The position numbers and the translations under genes were made by a program. Under the pieces are notes generated by a model. That model was not told where the DNA came from. It searched no databases and saw nothing but the letters and a program-made list of their open reading frames with translations. A stretch of 32,000 nucleotides of DNA from Bacillus subtilis subsp. subtilis str. 168 (GTDB lineage Bacteria > Bacillota > Bacilli > Bacillales > Bacillaceae), in assembly GCF_000009045.1 (NCBI RefSeq), contig NC_000964.3, positions 4,080,001 through 4,112,000 on the forward strand. Direction: 5' to 3'. Of the stretch, positions 28,058 to 32,000 are shown piece by piece. Within the stretch, counting starts at the first letter, position 1. The number at the start of each line of letters is the position of its first letter.

Positions 28058-29128
28058 ATGACAATCGATCATTCAGTCACAAATACAGAGCAGCTTGAAC
28101 AACAGAACCCCGCCATAAAAACAAAGCTCAAACTGAAAAAGCTTAAGGATCAGGTGATCGTCATTACCGGCGCTTCAAGCGGTATCGGACTTGTCACGGC
28201 GAGAATGGCAGCTGAAAAAGGCGCAAAGGTCGTGGCAGCAGCGCGAAATGAAGAGGCGCTGAAGGAGCTCACTGATGAACTTAAGGAAAAAGGGCACGAC
28301 GCCATATGGGTAAAGGCGGATGTCGGAAAAGAAGAGGACGTCAACCGCATCGCAGAAACCGCGATCAGCACATTCGGCCGCTTTGATACATGGGTCAACA
28401 ATGCGGCCGTCTCGACTTTCGGACACGCCATGGACGTCACCGTCGAAGACATGAAGCGCATGTTCGACACAAATTTCTGGGGACCTGTTTACGGAACAAG
28501 AGCGGCTGTCAAACACTACACCGGCAGAGGTGTGCCGGGCGCACTCATTAATGTAGGAAGCCTGTTCGGAGACAGGGGAACGGTCATTCAATCCACATAT
28601 GCATCTGCCAAATTTGCGCTTCACGGCTGGACGGAAAGCATCCGAATGGAGCTTGAAAAGGAACAGGCGCCCGTCTCGGTAACGCTCATCCACCCGGGCA
28701 GAATTGACACACCATATAACGAGCATGCGCACAGCTACCTCGACAAACAGCCGGCTCATTACCGCTCCATGATCTATCCGCCGGAAGCGGTCGCCGAAGC
28801 GATCCTGTTTGCCGCCGAACACCCTAAGCGCGACATGTACATCGGCTCACAGGCCAAAGCCATCGCCATGCTGGGCGCGCTTTTTCCTCGTCTGACCGAC
28901 AGACTGATGGAAAAAATCATGTATCACAGCCAGCATGCCGAAAGACCGTCCAATCCGAGAGAAGAAAGCGCTCTTTATGATGCTGGCTGCGGTATGCATG
29001 ACAGAGGCACAAATAAAGGATGGATGAGGTCAAGAAGCTACTACACAAAAGCGACGAAGCGCCCAATTGTATCGGCGGCTGTTGTTGCCGGACTAGTGGC
29101 TTGGGCTGCCGCCAAACGATGCAGATAA
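28058..29128 (+). CDS. yxnA: short-chain dehydrogenase/reductase (general-stress type)
   Basis: 356 aa, VIVITGASSGIGLVTARMAAEKGAKVVAAARNEEAL, YASAKFALHGWTESIRMEL; RBS CTAGGAGGG. Confidence 0.9.
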   Translation: MTIDHSVTNTEQLEQQNPAIKTKLKLKKLKDQVIVITGASSGIGLVTARMAAEKGAKVVAAARNEEALKELTDELKEKGHDAIWVKADVGKEEDVNRIAETAISTFGRFDTWVNNAAVSTFGHAMDVTVEDMKRMFDTNFWGPVYGTRAAVKHYTGRGVPGALINVGSLFGDRGTVIQSTYASAKFALHGWTESIRMELEKEQAPVSVTLIHPGRIDTPYNEHAHSYLDKQPAHYRSMIYPPEAVAEAILFAAEHPKRDMYIGSQAKAIAMLGALFPRLTDRLMEKIMYHSQHAERPSNPREESALYDAGCGMHDRGTNKGWMRSRSYYTKATKRPIVSAAVVAGLVAWAAAKRCR

Positions 29129-29141
29129 TCTCTGACCATAA

Positions 29142-29179
29142 GAAAAACCCATGCTGTTCCAGCGAACCATGGGTTTTTC
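29142..29179. terminator. terminator between yxnA and yxaD
   Basis: Perfect 12-bp stem GAAAAACCCATG ... CATGGGTTTTTC. Confidence 0.8.
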
Positions 29180-29184
29180 AGCTG

Positions 29185-29616
29185 TTAATCGATAAAAGCC
29201 TTGTTCATACGCTGCAGCAGCTCGCCGAACATCTCTTTTTCCTGTGTTGACCATTCTTTCAGCATCTGTTCATAACGTTCAAGGCGCTTTTGCTGATCGG
29301 CTTTTAATAGTTGTTTGCCGAGTTTTGTAATGGTAAACAGGCTGACTCTCCCATCAGACGGGTCTGAGAAACGATAGATGAGCTCCTTTGCCTCTAATGC
29401 AGCTGCTTGTCTTGAAAGAGTAGAAATATCAAGCTTAAACGATTCAGCCAATTCCTTAACACGAGCAGGCCCAAACTCATCCAATTGTCTCAGTAATAAG
29501 TACGAAGATCTCTCCAAATTCCCTGTTCTTTTCTCCGATTGATCCAGATAAACAGCTCTCCTGATAAAAGTCGTCAGCTCATATTCAATTAATTCAACTG
29601 GATTTTGATTTTGCAA
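29185..29616 (-). CDS. yxaD: MarR-family transcriptional regulator
   Basis: 143 aa from TTG 29616 (RBS GGGAG). RVKELAESFKLDISTLSRQAAALEAKELIYRFSDPSDGRVSLFTITKLG is MarR wHTH. Confidence 0.88.
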   Translation of the reverse strand: MQNQNPVELIEYELTTFIRRAVYLDQSEKRTGNLERSSYLLLRQLDEFGPARVKELAESFKLDISTLSRQAAALEAKELIYRFSDPSDGRVSLFTITKLGKQLLKADQQKRLERYEQMLKEWSTQEKEMFGELLQRMNKAFID

Positions 29617-29662
29617 TCGCTCTCGCTCCCTATTCCAATCTCCGGCATTGACAACATCATAT

Positions 29663-29679
29663 ATACTTGTATAATACAA
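29663..29679. promoter_or_regulatory. candidate MarR-type operator, copy 1
   Basis: ATACTTGTATAATACAA containing the inverted repeat TTGTA-N3-TACAA. Confidence 0.55.
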
Positions 29680-29730
29680 ATGTACATTAACTGAATAAAT
29701 ACAAGTCGTTATATGACTAAATCAATTATT

Positions 29731-29747
29731 ATACTTGTATAGTACAA
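29731..29747. promoter_or_regulatory. candidate MarR-type operator, copy 2
   Basis: ATACTTGTATAGTACAA, 16/17 identical to copy 1, 68 bp downstream. Confidence 0.55.
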
Positions 29748-29842
29748 TCATATAAAAAGAAAGTAAAGCGATTCCTCAGAACCATCCTAGAAGCAAGCAC
29801 CAGAAAGGAGGAAGCTGTTCTGATTGGAGAGCAGCACTTGAT

Positions 29843-30247
29843 GTGAAAGTCATACGAATTATTTTGCAAGTGTTGATATTATATGTATTTTTTATGATCG
29901 GGGAAGCCATTCAGCATCTGTTTCATTTACCCGTGTCAGGAAGCATCGTTGGATTGGTATTGCTTCTGATCTGCTTGGGCCTCCGTATTGTTCCCGTCTC
30001 CATCATTGAAGACGGAGCAGGGTTTTTATTATCCTTCCTTCCATTGTTGTTCATCCCGGCAATGACAGGAGTGATAAACTATCCGTCTCTCATTTCATTC
30101 AATGGCCTGATGCTGCTGATTACAGTCGTTCTCAGCACCATCGTCACGATCATTGCGGCTGGATTCGCCAGCCAGCTATTAGAGAAAAAAGCAAAAAAAC
30201 GGGAGGAGAAAGAGAAATGCAGCAAGCATGTATCGCGATCATTATAA
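29843..30247 (+). CDS. yxzK: LrgA/CidA-family holin-like membrane protein
   Basis: 134 aa, MKVIRIILQVLILYVFFMIGEAIQHLFHLPVSGSIVGLVLLLICLGLRIVPVSIIEDGAGFLLSFLPLLFIPAMTGV, typical of LrgA. Confidence 0.88.
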   Translation: MKVIRIILQVLILYVFFMIGEAIQHLFHLPVSGSIVGLVLLLICLGLRIVPVSIIEDGAGFLLSFLPLLFIPAMTGVINYPSLISFNGLMLLITVVLSTIVTIIAAGFASQLLEKKAKKREEKEKCSKHVSRSL

Positions 30248-30909
30248 TTCTTTTAACAGTTGCCGCTTATTTAGCGATGGTCAAACTCTATAAGCGATTC
30301 CCGCTTCCATTTCTGATCCCTGTTCTGACAACGACAATTTTGATTGTAGCGGCTTTGATGATGTTTCATGTTTCCTATGAAGGCTATATGATCGGGGGGA
30401 AATGGATCAATTCTTTGCTTGGGCCGGCTGTTGTGGCGCTGGCCTATCCGCTTTATAAGCAATGGCATATCATTGTCAAACATTGTGTTCCCATTTTAGG
30501 CGGCGTCCTGGTCGGCTTATGCATGGGAATGATCAGCGGGCTGATCTTCGCAGAAGCATTCGGGATTGATCATGATCTCTTATTATCCATTCTGCCAAAA
30601 TCGATCACAACCCCTGTCGCTATTCAGATCGCCGCCGGTCTTGGCGGCGTCCCTTCCATGACAGTCGTATTTGTCATGATTGCGGGCTTTTCAGGCGTCA
30701 TCCTCGGGCCGCTTTTCCTAAAATGGCTTCGCATACGCAGCTCCCTAGGACAAGGCATTGCATTAGGCAGCGCCTCCCATGCACTGGGTACCTCCAAAGC
30801 GTTGGAATATGGGGAATTGGCCGTATCCATGAGTTCCGTCTCCATGACGCTTTGTGCGGTGCTCGGCTCATTCTTCGGCCCGCTCGTCGTCTGGCTGTTT
30901 CATATTTAA
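30217..30909 (+). CDS. yxaC: LrgB/CidB-family membrane protein
   Basis: 230 aa, overlaps the upstream ORF; SILPKSITTPVAIQIAAGLGGVPSMTVVFVMIAGFSGVILGP...GIALGSASHALGTSKALEYGE is the LrgB signature. Confidence 0.92.
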   Translation: MQQACIAIIIILLTVAAYLAMVKLYKRFPLPFLIPVLTTTILIVAALMMFHVSYEGYMIGGKWINSLLGPAVVALAYPLYKQWHIIVKHCVPILGGVLVGLCMGMISGLIFAEAFGIDHDLLLSILPKSITTPVAIQIAAGLGGVPSMTVVFVMIAGFSGVILGPLFLKWLRIRSSLGQGIALGSASHALGTSKALEYGELAVSMSSVSMTLCAVLGSFFGPLVVWLFHI

Positions 30910-30910
30910 C

Positions 30911-30947
30911 AAAGAAAGACTGCCCCGGGGGAGGGCAGTCTTTTTCG
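30911..30947. terminator. terminator between yxaC and yxaB
   Basis: AAAGACTGCCC-cgggggag-GGCAGTCTTTTT. Confidence 0.85.
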
Positions 30948-30948
30948 T

Positions 30949-31980
30949 TTAAGAAGCAAAAAAATCAATCAACGGCTGAAAGTCCTTAGATAAATCAACG
31001 TCATTCGGTTCTGCTTGAAGCAGGCGGTCAATCATACGCTCCAGCTCCTCAACATCATTCTTATCCGTATATTCAATGAAGTTTAAGCTTTCAAGCCAAT
31101 CCCGATATGAATGTTTGGCTTTGCCATAGCTGTTTCCAAAGACAAGGCAAGGTGTTTTGGTGATAATCGAGAAAATCATCGCGTGAAGGCGGTCGGTAAT
31201 CACCAATTTACTGGAGCCGATGCGGTCCAGCATCTCCATAAAATGCTTTTCACGATCAGCGTAATCGATGGTGTCTACCGTATCCAGCACCGTATCGGTA
31301 CGCTCTGTGTAAGTTGTTTTTTCTGCCCATTGCTTCATCTGTGAAATAAAATCTTCGTCAGTCACTTTCTCCTTATCCGCTCTTAAAATAAAGAGAACGC
31401 CGTCCCGCTCGAGCTCTCGCGGCACAATATCCAAGGAAAGCACCATGTCCGGTGTAAAGATCACATTGGAGTTGAAGGTCTCTTTCACAACATCCAGTGT
31501 TTGCGTCTCACGCGCAGCAATCGTTAAGTTTGTATTTTGATGGTACGCATCCTGTGTTTTTTTCTTTTCCTTCTGTCCTTCCTCTGTATCCTCAAAATAA
31601 ACGGATTGTGGCAGAGAAATTGATTTGTAGTCTTTAAACGCCGAAAAGACCTTTCTTCTGTCTTCCTCAATATCGAGATAAAGGTTTCCTAAATTCCCTC
31701 CGCCTGTAAAGCAGACAATATCGTCTTCACGAATGATCTCCTTCACCAGTTCAATGCCCTCATCCGTCGCATAATCCATAATCTCAATGTATTCATAATA
31801 CGGAAAATGATTTTTGATAAATTTCTCTTCCGCATACGCAATCGCTTGGTCGCCAATGTTTGTGTAGCTAGGGGAACCAAACAAAAATACTTTTCGTTTA
31901 TCATTTAACAGAGCTTCCGGCTCCACATTTGGCGCAATGCCTTTTACTAGTTTTTTGCCTTTGATTTCTTGTACAGTCAT
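30949..31980 (-). CDS. yxaB: polysaccharide pyruvyl transferase family protein
   Basis: 343 aa, FLFGSPSYTNIGDQAIAYAEEKFI, VCFTGGGNLGNLY, VITDRLHAMIFSIITKTPCLVFGNSYGK. Confidence 0.92.
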   Translation of the reverse strand: MTVQEIKGKKLVKGIAPNVEPEALLNDKRKVFLFGSPSYTNIGDQAIAYAEEKFIKNHFPYYEYIEIMDYATDEGIELVKEIIREDDIVCFTGGGNLGNLYLDIEEDRRKVFSAFKDYKSISLPQSVYFEDTEEGQKEKKKTQDAYHQNTNLTIAARETQTLDVVKETFNSNVIFTPDMVLSLDIVPRELERDGVLFILRADKEKVTDEDFISQMKQWAEKTTYTERTDTVLDTVDTIDYADREKHFMEMLDRIGSSKLVITDRLHAMIFSIITKTPCLVFGNSYGKAKHSYRDWLESLNFIEYTDKNDVEELERMIDRLLQAEPNDVDLSKDFQPLIDFFAS

Positions 31981-32000
31981 ATCTGCGTCCTCCTTCTGGG

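Noticed and set aside
28175-28822. 215-aa minus-strand ORF antisense to yxnA
   Set aside because: Long but fully antisense to a clear SDR gene. It starts and ends inside yxnA, is Arg/Asp/Val-rich as expected from a GC-biased shadow frame, and has no domain signature.

Overview
The window matches a Bacillus subtilis 168-like chromosome around iol-htpG-asnH-qdoI-yxaB; gene names are recalled, not from a database search. It carries the 5' end of iolD, then iolC, iolB and iolA, divergent iolR and iolS, two small ORFs (yxcE/yxcD-like), csbC, htpG, yxcA-like, yxbG, yxbF, aldX, yxbD, yxbC, yxbB-yxbA-yxnB-asnH-yxaM, yxaL, yxaJ, yxaI, yxaH, qdoI (yxaG), yxaF, yxnA, yxaD, an LrgA/LrgB-like pair (yxzK/yxaC) and yxaB. 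The strongest unusual signal lies between yxbC and yxbB. Three tandem copies (118-bp period) of a 22-codon ORF each have a Shine-Dalgarno sequence and encode the identical peptide MKKAYKKPRLFELRRAVAAGGH. The copies differ only at synonymous positions, and all fall below the ORF-track length cutoff. They sit directly upstream of a co-oriented methyltransferase, a PqqD-like protein, a conserved unknown protein, an asparagine-synthetase-like enzyme with an extra C-terminal domain, and an MFS exporter. A JmjC/cupin oxygenase and a GNAT gene lie divergently. The peptide carries a YxxPxL motif like that of lasso-peptide leaders but lacks a lasso acceptor residue and any visible leader peptidase gene. 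This looks like a non-canonical RiPP or peptide-scaffold system. Secondary signals are duplicated MarR-type operators near yxaD, paired QdoR/LmrA-type boxes, and SigB-like promoters.
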